A stretch of DNA of 64,000 nt from the human T2T-CHM13v2.0 reference genome, Homo sapiens, in assembly GCF_009914755.1 (NCBI RefSeq), contig NC_060946.1; one strand, given 5' to 3'. This document shows, piece by piece, positions 32,441 to 48,472 of this stretch. A program made the position numbers and the translations under genes. A model generated the notes under the pieces. The model was given only the letters and a program-made list of their open reading frames with translations, had not been told where the DNA came from and made no database searches. Position 1 is the stretch's first letter; every line of letters begins with the position of its first letter.

Positions 32441-32444
<4 letters not shown>
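31820..32444 (+). mobile_element. Two L1P fragments (3'UTR end 31820-32020; ORF2 end 32030-32444)
   Basis: aacaaacctgcacatgcacccctgaactta; aatgagataccatttcacaccagtcagaa...ggaacatggatggagctgg. Confidence 0.85.
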
Positions 32445-32832
<388 letters not shown>

Positions 32833-33834
32833 CTAACCTCACCACGGTCTTATGGATTCAATTAACCTGTTCAATTCTTTTTTGTGTTTACTCCATCAAC
32901 TTCCTGTGTAACTGCACTCCACAAGGCACATAACCACACTCCACAAGGCACATAAAACCACTGAAGAGAGGAGGCAAATGAGGTCTTTTATCCTCCCCTT
33001 CAATTGTCTTACAAAGCTCATGCCTGAGTTTAGAGCATAAGTCATCAGTTTAGTCATAAGTCTTATAACTTCCCAAATGAATGCTTTAACTGCAGCTACA
33101 GTACATATCATGTGTTGAGTAGCACTTCTCATGTGCTTTTAAGCAACTCTTTCAATATTGAGAGACAAGATTCAATACTAGGGAAATATTCTATGGTATT
33201 ACATCATTAATTTTATGTTACAGAGACCATATATTGAAAATGTATAAATAATGAAGTCCAGTCTTACTTTCAATACTGTGTGTAAGTTCATTGAGTGTGC
33301 AGACCCCTTAAGCTTGCACTCACCTGTGTGTTAGACACACATTCACAAACACATCACACAGACCTACACATAGACACCTTCTGCCTTGGTGCACACAAAT
33401 CCACCCCACCTAAAGTGAATATGCCTGTTTCCAGGGATTGCACATAGGTGACAAGAGTTTGTCACCTGAAAAACCAGTTTTAGTTCACCCCAAATTCTCG
33501 TTCTTTCCAGGTGTCTTGGATCATGGAGATGGTCTAGATGAAAGTCAGCAATTAAGTTCCACATTTCTTATACATACACTTTTTTTTTTTACACCTGGTG
33601 AATGATTCCAGAATACATACCATTTACTGTGTTCCTTGGGGTCACCTGCAATTAGAAGAAAGAAAACACTCTGAGGATGAGATCATACTGTGGGCTGTTT
33701 GCACAGGTCTTTCGTTCTCTTAGGGGCTCTTGGTAACCAAGATGGGAAAGAATGTTTAAGTCTAAAGCCCCAACATCTAGAGTAGAGTTCATCTGTAGAA
33801 AGCACAATAGCTTTTGTTGAAAAGTATCTTTGTT

Positions 33835-34145
<311 letters not shown>

Positions 34146-35304
34146 TCAAGACCATTTTGAAGTAGCAGTTACAAAATACTTAATCTAAAGTGGAAAGCTT
34201 GTTGCAGAGGAAAGTGTCCCCTAACATGCTGTGTGTGACCCAGCCCTGCCAATTCCAGATGTCCTCTTCAATCAGGTGTCAGTGGGTGGGGTGCACCCCT
34301 CCATCCCCAAGGAAACATCATCTAACACCTACAACGCACCTGATCATTTTTCTCTATCTGATATCAATTGAAAAATGAAATAACCAAGAAAATTACACAC
34401 ATGTTAGGCAAAGACAGGCTACTTTACCTTGGTAACAGAGAAGGGGTCCTCACTTGCCCACTCTTTGGAATCCACCTTCCATTGATCTTCTGGGGGAACT
34501 GAAAGGACACAACATGACTGTCAGTTCATTGGTGGTGACATGAACAAAGGGCTAGAACTTATGGATGTGGTTGGTTAACAAGCATGAATTGAGCTTCTCC
34601 TGGGCCATCCTCTTCTATGGACCAAGGAAGGCAGAGAGACGGGCAGAAAGGAAATGAGAAATAGAGCCTTTGTCTTTCCAGGTAATAGCAGATGAAAGCG
34701 ACACGAAATACTCAAACTTCAAATGAGCAACTACTAAAATGCATGCTAGAATTCAACCACAGAGTCCTGTCACTCCCTCAGCCCATTTTAAAGTCCAGCA
34801 GAACTGCCACTGACTCCTTGATATCGACCAACTCCCTTTCAACCTCCACAGACCCCCATCTGCTGCTGTAACATTTAACATCTGGGGTATAGGATTCAGC
34901 CCCTGTTTATGTGTAAATTTTTATTGAGGAACTAAATTCAATATCAGGTACCAGGGCTAATTATATTTACTCAATTCTTTGTTATAAATCAATTATTAAA
35001 AACTGGAAAATACTGAAATACATGTTAAAATATCCACTGTAAATCAAAGATCTTCCTTTTAGTCTTCCCTTCCTATCCCTTGTGTTTGCAATCATTGCAT
35101 GAGGGGGCCTAGTTTCAGCCAGGTCTAGTTCACCTAGCCATATGAGGTCTAGTTTCAGCCCAAGCTACCCACAGTGAAGGAAGGCAGAGTGAGGAGATGA
35201 CCCCATGTGAGCACCGAGGCTCTTTAACCCAGCTGTACAGGAGAGTTGCCACAAGGGTGACACCTGAGGCTAATTGTGAAGTGGTATCCTGTGTTCTGTG
35301 ATTC

Positions 35305-35495
35305 TTGTGCCTTAGCCACCTGAGTAGCTGGAATTACAGGTGTGCACCACCACGCCCAGCTAATTTTGCATTTTTAGTAGAGATGGGGTTTCTCCATGTT
35401 GGTCAGGCTGGTCTTGAACTCCTGACCTCAGGTGATCTGCCTGCCTCGGCCTCCCAAAGTGCTGGGATTACAGGCATGAGCCACCGCGCCCAGCT
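35305..35495 (-). mobile_element. Partial Alu
   Basis: Reverse-complement left monomer plus part of the right. Confidence 0.88.
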
Positions 35496-36097
35496 GCCTT
35501 ATTTATTCTTAACACATGTAAGTGCCTCTAACTTTCGATTGTTTCCAAGTCATGGAACGAACAACCTCCTTAGAAAGAACTCTGAAGGATAGGTCAGGAG
35601 AACTAAGTCACACAATCCATCAGAAACAGTATTAACAGTTTTTCAAAGTTACACTTTATATGCAAACTTGTACAATTATCATCTTATTATTTTTAAATGT
35701 ATCTTTACATATATGTATGTGACCTACGTGTTTCCTGGTGTGAGTAAATCTGTATGTTCTTGGTTAATAGTGTTTACCGATTCATTTCACTTCTCTATCT
35801 TTGTATGTTGAAATATGAACTACTCTCTGGATGAGAAAAAATGATTACACTTGATTATATTTACCTTTGGAAAGGTAAGTGGTTTGGGTGATTGACTATA
35901 ATTGTTATCTCTATCATTTTGGATAAACCCCAATCATAAAAATAAGTGTGTTTTGTTTCACACACTGACACATAGACAATACACATTCTTACTTCTTTTC
36001 AAAAAGTTAATATGTGAATATAAATGACATATTCCAAATTTACTAAACTGAATACACATTTCATGAAAAAGGAGAGAGGAAAGACATACTAAAAACA

Positions 36098-36446
<349 letters not shown>

Positions 36447-37106
36447 TTAAAAGCCTCAAAGACATCTGCATCATTCTAGCTTTGCTCCTAATTTTTAAAA
36501 TTAATGATTTTAATAGGTTCTTAATTAGGTAAAAACTGCATTAAAACATACTTTGCCATATTTTTCCCAGAAGGATACCTAATTGGGTGGTTTGAGGGGT
36601 GCCAGATGTAACAGGAAATAAGACATGTCTTTTAAATAAAGGAAAAGCTCAAAGGCATCCTGCTTGATACTAGAATCAAATATATAAATTGAGGAATAAA
36701 ACATAACCGGGAAACACATTTATAACTGCATATGAAAAATACAGAGGAGAATTTTTTAATAAAATATATTTTTAAATATTAACTAGTACATTTGAGAGGA
36801 CAGCATTCAACAGGCCAATGTGAACATACCTTTAATGCAGGAACTCAGGTTCCCCATAAGAAAGACCAGAATCTGTGAAAATGACAGCAAGCATGTTCAA
36901 CCTGCTATGAACTTTGAAAAACTCAGCACAGACAGTGGCAGTTAGGACCGAGGGCAAGATATACCCAATCACATAACCATGGTGATAGGAGCATCATCAA
37001 CGTCTCAGGGTAAAGTCACAATGTGTATTGTGAGGTCCGCTTTCTGCTGCACCAACAAGAGTGCTTTCACACGCACAGGAGGGTCATTAAAGATTAGGCC
37101 TTTTAC

Positions 37107-37425
<319 letters not shown>

Positions 37426-38082
37426 TTAAAAAAAAAAACAACAAAACCCAAGCTCATTAATTACTATTCTGTGCTTATTAAAATAAGTTTTAGGAGGAGA
37501 AATTGTGTACCCCAAAATACACTCAATGGCAAGAATTTCAAACTGAGCAGGGGCAAAACCGATATGTTAGTAACAACCAGAAGTTCCATTCTCGATTCGA
37601 AATTCCATTGCCAAATATTTCTACCATTCCTGAGTCATCTAATATTTCTAGAACCAATAAGCAAACTGTTCAGAATTAAAGACAGCATAAATGGATATTG
37701 TTATAAAAGTCATGTTTCTTAAAAAGTGACATTTTTTAAAGTCACATTTTAAAAGTCATATTTCCCTAAAAAGTCATATTTCTACCATTCCTGAGTGATC
37801 TAATGTTTCTAGAAGCAATAAACTGTTCAGAATTAGAAAAAAGTGTTACTTGATATTATAAAAATCATATTTCTCTCACAATATAATTATGAAACTTATT
37901 TTTCCACTTACCTCTATATATTACTATGCACTTATTTATCTCCCAAACTTTGTGAATTCACAGAGGAATTTGTCTACCATTGTGTATGTAAACGGCTGGC
38001 CATTCACTGAGTATTTAAAGGAAAAAAAAATCACTATATTTTCACCAGTGCATCTTCTCGGTGGGGTGAACACTTTGGGTGA

Positions 38083-38376
<294 letters not shown>

Positions 38377-39684
38377 TAATACATATAATTAAAGTGTTTC
38401 TGAATGCAGAATTTTAGATAACTTTCAAAATGTATAACTACGTGTGTATTCTGGCTGATACATAACACCCAATTGCAAATACTTTTATGATATGCCCAAG
38501 AAAACAAGCTGTTGAAAGTGACCTGCCCTAAAATAAATAGAACAAATGAAAATTTTAGGGTTAAGATGAGAGAGTTGCTATGTTTCAAAGAGAATAGGTA
38601 CCCTTCATGATATAAATATTACAGTACAAATGTCTATCATTGCTAAGTACAAATTTCTAGAACAAATAAATAGGTCACAAATGATGTATACAATCTGCAT
38701 TAATATAGATGATGCTATATTTTGTCCAGTGATTATAAAACAGAGGGTGTAATGGGGTAGGTGCTGAAAGAATAGGTCATTCTGTGTTGTTATAAACAGA
38801 AAATTTCAATGGCTTCCAGATTGAACAAATATATGTATATACACAAATTATACACACACACACACGATACTATAGTTATATGTGTATGTGTTTGTATACT
38901 CAGAAATGCAGCAAACTAAAAAAAAACTTTAACAATCCCCACAGATTCATGCTTCTGAATGCTCAAATGGAGGAGAAAATTTAAAAAGAAGTGGAAAATA
39001 TAGTGAGAAAATCTACTCATCCTATTGGAGGAGCTGATATCTTTTTTAAGTTTAGAGAGGCAGGCTTAAATAAGTAAATGTTTAGGATTTGAAATTTAAT
39101 TGTACAAGTATTTTTTTCGTTGAATTTCCTCCCAACTTTGTAAAATCATCAGATCAAAAACACATCATTTGATTAGGGTGCAGTTTTATAGTACCTAACA
39201 ATCAAGATTTTGGAAAAAAAAAAAAGTTGATGATGGTGAATTTTGATAAATTCTAACATTGTCCTAGTTGAAAGAGGTAAATATGTTTTTATATGTGCTA
39301 AGAATTGTCTAATTTAAGAGTACAATGATGTTGTTATGACTGTTGATAAATTTCAATCGTTTTTGAAATTATAACTAAAAGAATGTTTTTATTTGGCTAT
39401 TATTCCAGTTGATTTCAACAATGCTAAGTGAAATACATGTATCAGAACAAAATCATGATGATGTCACAAATGTTAACTATCTAATAGCTACTGTAGGTCA
39501 GACTTTTTTTTAATTTGAGTCTAATTTGTTTCTTCCATCTTAAAACTCTCTAACATGAATTAAAGGGCTAAAAAGATGTACTGATTAGACATTTTTGATT
39601 AAAGGTTTGGTAAACTAAACAGTACTTTCATCTAGCATTAGGAATATTGAAAGCAAGAAAATGGATTATTTAGTAACTATGTAA

Positions 39685-39950
<266 letters not shown>

Positions 39951-40309
39951 AGAAATGTTAGTGTAGAAAGGTAATATATTCCAAAAGAATCTGTTTTTCT
40001 TAATGAAGAGTATCCACACAGACACTCATAGCAAAAAAAATTATAAGATGCATCAGAGATAAATAAAATAAAGTGTAGTCTTCCTAGAGCTGGATTTAGT
40101 TTCTGGTTTGATTTATTTTAACGACAGACATAAGAGATCACTTCGTAATGAAGTACAATTTCACACTATAGAAACAGAGTAAAAATATCTTTTTGAAGAA
40201 AATGCCAAATCTACCTTTAATCTCAAGGAAATAGGATCGCTCAAATAGATCTGTTAGCATGTTACATATTAATAGACAACCTGCTGTGTAAATTACTTAA
40301 AAGCCATCT

Positions 40310-40832
40310 TTTGCAAAAATTTTCTCCCATTCTGTAGGTTGCCTGTTCACTCTGATTATCGTTTCCTTTGCTGTGCAGAAGCTCTTTAGTTTAATTAGAT
40401 CCCATTTGTCAATTTTGGCTTTTGTTGCCATTGCTTTTGGTGTTTTACTCATGAAGTCTTTGGCCATGCCTACGTCCTGAATGGTATTGAGTTCATGTCC
40501 TTTGCAGGGACATGGATGAAGCTGGAAACCATCATTCTTAGAAAACTAACACAGAAACAGAAAACCAAACACCACATGTTCTCACTCATAAGTGGGAGTT
40601 GAACAATGAGAACACATGGACACAGGGAGGGGAACATCACACACTGGGGCCTGACGGGGGTTGGGGGCTAGGGGAGGGATAACATTAAGAGAAATACCTA
40701 ATGTAGATGATGGGTTGATGGGTGCAGCAAACCACCATGGCACGTGTATACCTATGTAACAAACCTGCACGTTCTGCACATGTATCCCAGAACTTAAAGT
40801 ATAATAAAAAAATAAATAAAAATTTAAAAAAT
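40310..40832 (+). mobile_element. 5'-inverted (twin-primed) L1PA insertion
   Basis: Antisense ORF2 piece 40310-40489 joined to a sense 3' end 40488-40832; TSD taaaagccat(c/a)ttt on both sides. Confidence 0.88.
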
Positions 40833-42503
40833 GGTTAAAAAGCCATATTTTAAAAGGTTTTTAAAATTCACAACATACTCCATTTTTGATATAACTTCTA
40901 ATATTTCTTCTCTGTGGTAGAAATTTGTTCCTGAGAAATAAGAGGCCAAGGATATTACAATAGCACAAAAAGTTTACATAAATGTGTTAACATTTTAAAG
41001 GCAACTATATATGAATAACATTAAAACATTGTTAAAAATTAGAATGAATAATAAAATCATCAAGTTTATACTTAATAAGATCAAATATATTGCTTATATA
41101 ATTTTAAAAGTAGTGCAGAATGTTTATTATTCTAGTCTCACTAAAAATGATAAACTTCAAACATATCTATAGGAAAATAATTACAAAACTCAGCAAGTAA
41201 TATGGGAGATAATTTGAAGAAATGTTGAAATAGTTTCTTACATAAAGACACTAGGTATTTCTTTCATAAAGGACACTAGGTAAAAGTTCCAGCAATGAGT
41301 AGGGAGGTGATCTAGGTACATTTTATTATTGATTATTGATACAGGTTTTCTCTTGAGAAAGTGCACAGTTGGGCTCTTCTCTCTCTCTCCTCTCTCTCTC
41401 TCTCTGCAAGACAGTTAACAACAATAAAACCCACCTGGTCAACCCATCGACAACACTCAGCTTTATCCCTATCCCTCTCTCACCGTTCCTCTAGGGACAC
41501 AGTTACCCTGTGGTTTCTCCTGGGTTCTTTCTCCTTCCTCCTCCAGATCCCTGGGATCAGCCATCAACCCTCCTGATACCCCCTCTCCTGTTTGGCTGCC
41601 TTCAGGCTCTTTGTTGAACCTGACACCAAAGGATGTCTTTTTAAACTGTCAGTTTCATCTATTCTGCCTCCAGTTCACAACCCGAAACAATCCCAGATAA
41701 TGAATCAAACCAAACCCCTCACTGACACACAAGGACCTCTACAGTCTGGATTCAAATGTCCTTACCTGACTTGACACTTACACTTCACTTGTTCAATCTT
41801 CTCATCAATGATGTATTCTGTCATCCCCTCAGCATATCATTGCATTGAAAATGTCTCTTTTTTTTTTCCAAAGCCCTATCTTTCCAAAGCTAGTAATGTG
41901 TGAGTATTTGTTCCAGAGCAGGACCCCACAGCCCAGTGAGACCCAAGTCACAATCACCTCTTTCCCTGGCCTCTGTGGAAGGAGCTGCCCAGGACTTTGC
42001 TCCCAGAGCCCTCTGCAGCCTCCCCGCAGCCTCCTTTCATTGGGTGGGGGTGATATTTTGCCCATGTCCTTCTAGTAATGCAAGAAAAACGTATTGAAAA
42101 ATGCTGTCTTTCTTTTAGTATCAGCAACTTGGGCCATGGCCCAGGGCGTGGCCATAGATACTTCTAGACTGACACTCACTAGGCTCTCAGGCCGACACCA
42201 CTCACATGACTTCTACTGAGGGAATGCAGTCTGGCGAGAGAGCAGCAGGAGACACTGTGGATCTCAGGGTCTGTGCAGTGGGCAGCCACAACTGTGCCAA
42301 CCCCCTCCTACCCCACAAATTCCGCAGGGCTGGGTGATGGAGCCTGCACTCACTGAGGCTGACCTGGAAGCTGTGCCCTCCCTGGGTGTGGTTCCAGCAC
42401 CCACTTCTTCCCAGGTCTGGCCTGTCGGACTTCCCCTGTCCACCAGCCCCTAGGACTTGAATAAATACATGGGGTAAAGTAGAGGCAGGCAATGTGGGGA
42501 CAC

Positions 42504-42560
42504 ATTGGCATCTGTAACTCCTCCTCTGTGAGGTCAGTGGAAGGGATAAGAGAGGCCTGG
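42504..42560 (+). promoter_or_regulatory. Degenerate Ig V-lambda promoter
   Basis: ATTGGCAT (octamer ATTTGCAT with one mismatch) at 42504-42511 and a gataagagagg TATA-like box ~60 bp upstream of the leader ATG. Confidence 0.6.
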
Positions 42561-42604
42561 AGCAGCCCACTCCAGCTCTGAACCTCAGAAGGGCTGTGTC
42601 CACC

Positions 42605-43129
42605 ATGGCTCCTGTCCTCCTGCTGCTCCTCTCTCACTTCCCAGGTAGGGACAGGCCTCCCACGTCCAGGGCAGGTCCCCCAGGCTTCAGCAGTCCCCTC
42701 TGGCTCAGATCTTCCAGCAACTTCATGCTGGTAAGTGAGCCAGCAGCCATATCCACCTGTGTCTGCAGGTTCCCTCTCCCAGCCTGTGCTGACTCAGCCG
42801 CCCTCCCTCTCTGCATCTCTGGAAGCACCAGCCGCACTTCCCTGCACCCTGAGCACTGGCGTCCATGCTGATTTCTATTGGATATACTGGTACCAGCATA
42901 AGCCAGGGAGCCCTCCCTGGTATCTCCTGAGCCACTACCAAAATGTACTTCATGACCAGGGCTCCAGGGTCCCGAGCTGCTCCTCTGGATTGATGGAAGG
43001 CTGGTCCAATAAAGGGCTTTTGCTCATATCTAAGCTCCAGTCTGAGGACGAGGCTGACTAATTACTGTGTGATTGAGCACAGCAGTCCTTCGCACACTGA
43101 CACACAGGTGGGGAGGTGGGATAAAACCT
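42605..43129 (+). pseudogene. IGLVIVOR22-2: Immunoglobulin lambda variable orphon pseudogene (clan IV, IGLV5-like): leader exon, V exon, defective RSS
   Basis: Leader 42605-42644 (MAPVLLLLLSHFP, G|gtagg). V exon from 42769: SLSQPVLTQPPSLSAS...CTLSTG...WYQHKPGSPP...LQSEDEAD, then a +1 insertion giving TAA before YYC. RSS is cacactg / 21 bp / ataaaacct. The V identity is firm; the symbol is from recalled location. Confidence 0.85.
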
Positions 43130-44399
43130 CAGCCTGCTCAGAGTCTTGTTCTCTGACAATGTTTAGATATTAAAATAACTCACATATACAAACTTCACAG
43201 GAAAGCACTTTCTGGCTCAAAAAATACTCTCTTCTCAATTCTCCATAGAATGTTTCTGAAGTCTCAGGAATGCTGAAAACAAAAACAAAAACCTCCTGAT
43301 ACACTGCGGTGTTGCCCGGTTATCTAGATGAGCAAAACTCAGAGCCTGTGGAGTTGACTTTTTTATTATTATTATTTTTTGGAAGAAGAGAAATGAGCCT
43401 TTCCTAGTTTTCTTTTCGGCCAGAGGCCGGAGACCATTCAAGCAGGTAGACAGTCGCTACAGCATGGACTACTGTCTTTGAGGGATCAGAGCAGAAACCT
43501 CCTTGTCCCTCTCCAGTCACCTCCCTCCAACCCCGATCATCTGTGCTTGGGGCTGCCTGAGGCTCCCCGTGACCCAGGGATGAGGCACTAAGGTGTGAAA
43601 TGAGTGAGGACACAGGTCCCAGGGGAGTTCCAGCGAAGATGTGGCCAGAGTCACTCACAGGTAGGTACCTGCACCTTCAGTGTTCATGTCAGGAGGTTGG
43701 GGGTATGGATGGGGGGAAATGAGGGCCTGAGGCCAGCAAACCTCTCTGTGGAGCGTGAGAGGGTGAAGGCGAGGCTCCACCATTGCTGGAAAAACACCAT
43801 GCCTGCTCTGGGGAAGTTGGGGGATGTTGATTTCATGGATGTGACTTTCTAGCTGATCCCACTCAGGACCACAGGGACCCCCATGGGTGATTTTCTCAGA
43901 GACCACAGAAACTATCTTGTGTTTTCTCCTCTCATACCTTACCATTGGAGCTTTTCAACAGTCCAGGTGGCGGGGAGGGTTGTGGGACATCAGGGAGTAG
44001 GAACTCCGCAACCTGTGCATGCAGAATTCCCCTTGTAAAGCTCTTGTTGTGCCCCAGACCCCGAGGTCACCTTCTCCTGCACAAGGGGCAGTAGAGACAT
44101 TGGGAGTTACCATGGCAACTGGTGCCATGGACTCTGAGGCAGAGCCACTGTGTTTGTCACCTAGGACAGGGAGGATGGACCTTCAGAGATTTGAGCCTCA
44201 TTATCCAGATGCAGGTTTGTCAATAGAAACCCTCTGTCCACCTCTGGACTCCAGCATTATGGGTAAGGCTGATTGTCTCTGTCACATAGCTGAACACAGC
44301 CTCATAAACAGAAAGAGCTCCTGATCCATGGAAAAATGGATAAAAATGTTGTCCCTCTCATCTTACCAGAATGTACGTTGGGCCAAATAGTGGCCATGG

Positions 44400-45150
44400 C
44401 ACTAGCTGTGTAGGTGGCAGCTGCAGAGCCAGGGGCAGTGGATGGGCCAGGGGGATATGGCAGGGTGGGTGCTTGTGGGGTCAAGGTAGAAGTGGTGAGT
44501 AATGGCCCCCCAAGGTTGAATGTGTTTTGGTGCCTGGGGCTGGCTGGCCTCCAGGAGGCTGGGGCTGGACTGGAGCTGGAGGTGGCAGGCCTCCAAACTG
44601 GAAACAGTGGTCAAAGGTGGGGATCTGTGCTGCTGCCCCACAGGGGCCCCAGATATGGGCTAAGCAGTGGCTCCAGGGTTAGTGGAAAGTTTCAAATTTG
44701 GGGTGGGGCCACAGAACCCCAGTGCAGGAAGGTGGTAGTGTCCTTGGCTGAGGCTGTGCTGCCACCTAGGGATGTGGGAAGGGTCTGGAAAGATGGAAAG
44801 TAGTTCCCACTGGAGCCAGCAGGAGGCCCTAGAATGAGAGGCTAGGAAAGGGGAGTGGTGTCCGTGGGGGTGACAATGGTGTCCACTGGGGAGCCAGTCC
44901 TGCAGATGTGCTGGCTGAGGGCCTGGAACTGGCTGCACATGCAGCGAATGGCTGACCAGGGAGAGAGGGGCCTTAGGATCCATGAGGAGAGAGAGGCCCT
45001 GAGTGAAGAAGACAGGAGAATGCATACACATTTTTGTTGGGGTTGACTACTTCATTATGGGGGTGCTGGGAGACATGAGGAAGGCTGAACTGGCACCTGC
45101 TGCAGCTGTGGCTAAGGCCGTGGGGCAGGCCTCAGATGTCTTGAGCAGCC
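44400..45150 (-). pseudogene. Decayed POM121-like (nucleoporin C-terminal FG-region) coding relic
   Basis: Colinear frameshifted peptides S*PLILGPPAGSS, PGATA*PISGPPVGQ, PTFDHCFQFGGLPPPAP and PKHIQPWGAITH resemble POM121 SQPFLFGAPQAS, PGANPQPAFGAAEGQ, PSFGSSFTFG..APA and PTPIHPIFGGATH. Low complexity limits certainty. Confidence 0.5.
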
Positions 45151-45238
45151 ACCAGCCTGGGTCAGTGCCCTCTCTTCCTCTCTTTGAAGAGCTAGACTTG
45201 TATCCTTGCTGCCTCACCCATGAGCATCTCTGTTCCTG

Positions 45239-45437
45239 GTTTCCTCTCCGAGTATGCACTGACTCACTCACCTCCCTATCTTTATCTCTGAGAACTTCGA
45301 GACTTGCCTGTGCTCTGAGCAGTGGCTTTAATGTTGATGACTTTGTGACCATGTGGTATCAGCAGAAGCCAGGGAATCTTCTCTGGGTTCAACTGTACTC
45401 CTCAAGTCCACTGTGGGGATTAGAAATCCAGGGGCTT
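45239..45437 (+). pseudogene. Second, truncated IGLV5-like V-exon relic
   Basis: FLSEYALTHS / frameshift / [35 protein letters not shown] keeps the first Ig cysteine and the WYQQKPG motif; cut off by an Alu. Confidence 0.8.
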
Positions 45438-45756
<319 letters not shown>

Positions 45757-46374
45757 TTACATATTCCCAAGCAAATGAGCTGCATCTTCTTTACTGTATT
45801 TTACAATTTAGTACCACAATTTTAGGCCTCAATCTTCTCTTCACATCACTGGTATTTTAAATTTGGCAATAAATATGAAATTCCTTTTGACTTACAGACT
45901 CATTATATTATTACTTTGAAAACGCATTAATTTCTTAGGAAGGTTTTGAGCCTCTATCTTTTTTTGAGTTAATATTTAAATTCTCTGCTTATTTTAATAG
46001 CCTGTACTAAGTGAAAATAGTATTTATGCAAGTAAACAAATCACTATAGGTGTTCAAGACTTTAATTTTAAATTTTGTCATCATTGAGGTTTAAATTTTT
46101 TACCTGCTGTCCACTTAAAATGTATATTAACAGCTTGTGACGTAAAATAGTTTTAAGTATGATATACGATGCACCTGCATATAAATGAAGATGGCGTGCA
46201 CAAAGACACTTTGCTATGGGAACTGTACTGGAAGATTTATGAAAGCATGTGAAATTGCACCTAAAATTGTGCTATTAGTGACTATAAGCAGCAATGCTAA
46301 ATTTATTGTACTTGATGAATGAATGTATTTAGTCTAGTGACAATTACTTTGGTTTAAATGTGTAAATGTCTTGA

Positions 46375-46832
<458 letters not shown>

Positions 46833-47746
46833 AGTGTGGATTTCTAGAGAGGGGGAATTCTTCTCCACACTTGTTGGGGAAGTAAACTAATACATACACT
46901 ACGGAAACAATGTGAGGCTTCCTCAAAACATTAAAACTACAATGACCATTTCCGCTAGCAATTGTACTGCTAGGTATACATTCAACCCACATGAAATTGG
47001 TACATGGAAGAGAGAGGTGGTGGACTGCAGCACTATTCACAGCAGTCAGGGAAATGAATCAACCTACCGTCCATATGCAGATGAAAAAATAAACTCCCAT
47101 GTGTGTACACAAAGGACGACTCTTCAGCCAGGAAAATTGGATGACATCACCTCATGGGGAGCCCTGTGGTTGTACCTGGAGGATGTGATGGTAAATGAAA
47201 TGAGCCAGGCAGAGAAAGACAAACCTTGTATTATCTCACTCATACAGAATCTAAAAAAAAAAACTTGATCTCAAAGACCTAGAGAGTGTAACAGCGGTTA
47301 CTAGAGCTTGGGGGAAGAAGGGAGGATGATAAGGGATTGGAAATAGGTGCATAAAAAATTACCACTAAAGTATGCAAATATAAATATGTGGGACTAGGTA
47401 AAACTTTAGGATTTCTACAGAGCAAAGGAAACAATGAACCAAGAGTCAAGGCACCCTAAAAACTGAGAGAGAATTTTGGAGAAAATTCTATCTCTGAAAA
47501 GGATTCTCATCTAACATGTACAACAAACTGACACGACTAAGGTGAAATAAACAGTATCAACAACAAAATGAAAAACCCCTGCAACCTCAAATACCCAATC
47601 CTAAAGGACCTGAATAGACCCTGTCTGAAAAGGAGACATGAAATTGACACAAATGAAAAGTTTCTCACAATCACTAATTCTCACAAAAACATAAATCAAA
47701 ATCACACTCAGTTACTATTTTATTTCACTAAAAATGCATATTACCA

Positions 47747-48136
<390 letters not shown>

Positions 48137-48365
48137 TTAAATCACTCTACACACTGTGAAAAACAGTTGGAAGTTCCTCAAAACACTAAATACAACTACC
48201 GTTTCAGCTAGCAGTCCTACCACTGGGTATACCTTTAAAGCAAGTGAAATCCTCATGTTCAAAAGAGGTATCTGCCTTCCCATGGTGACTGAAACACTAG
48301 TCACGACAGCCAAGGTACAGAATAAACCTATCTGTCCATCCTCAGGTGAAGGGATAAAGAAAATG

Positions 48366-48367
<2 letters not shown>

Positions 48368-48401
<34 letters not shown>

Positions 48402-48472
48402 ATATATATATATATGTATATATATATGTGTGTATATATATATATATATGTATATATGTATATATATATATA
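48368..48472. repeat. Compound (TG)n(TA)n microsatellite
   Basis: About 15 TG units followed by interrupted TA runs. Confidence 0.95.
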
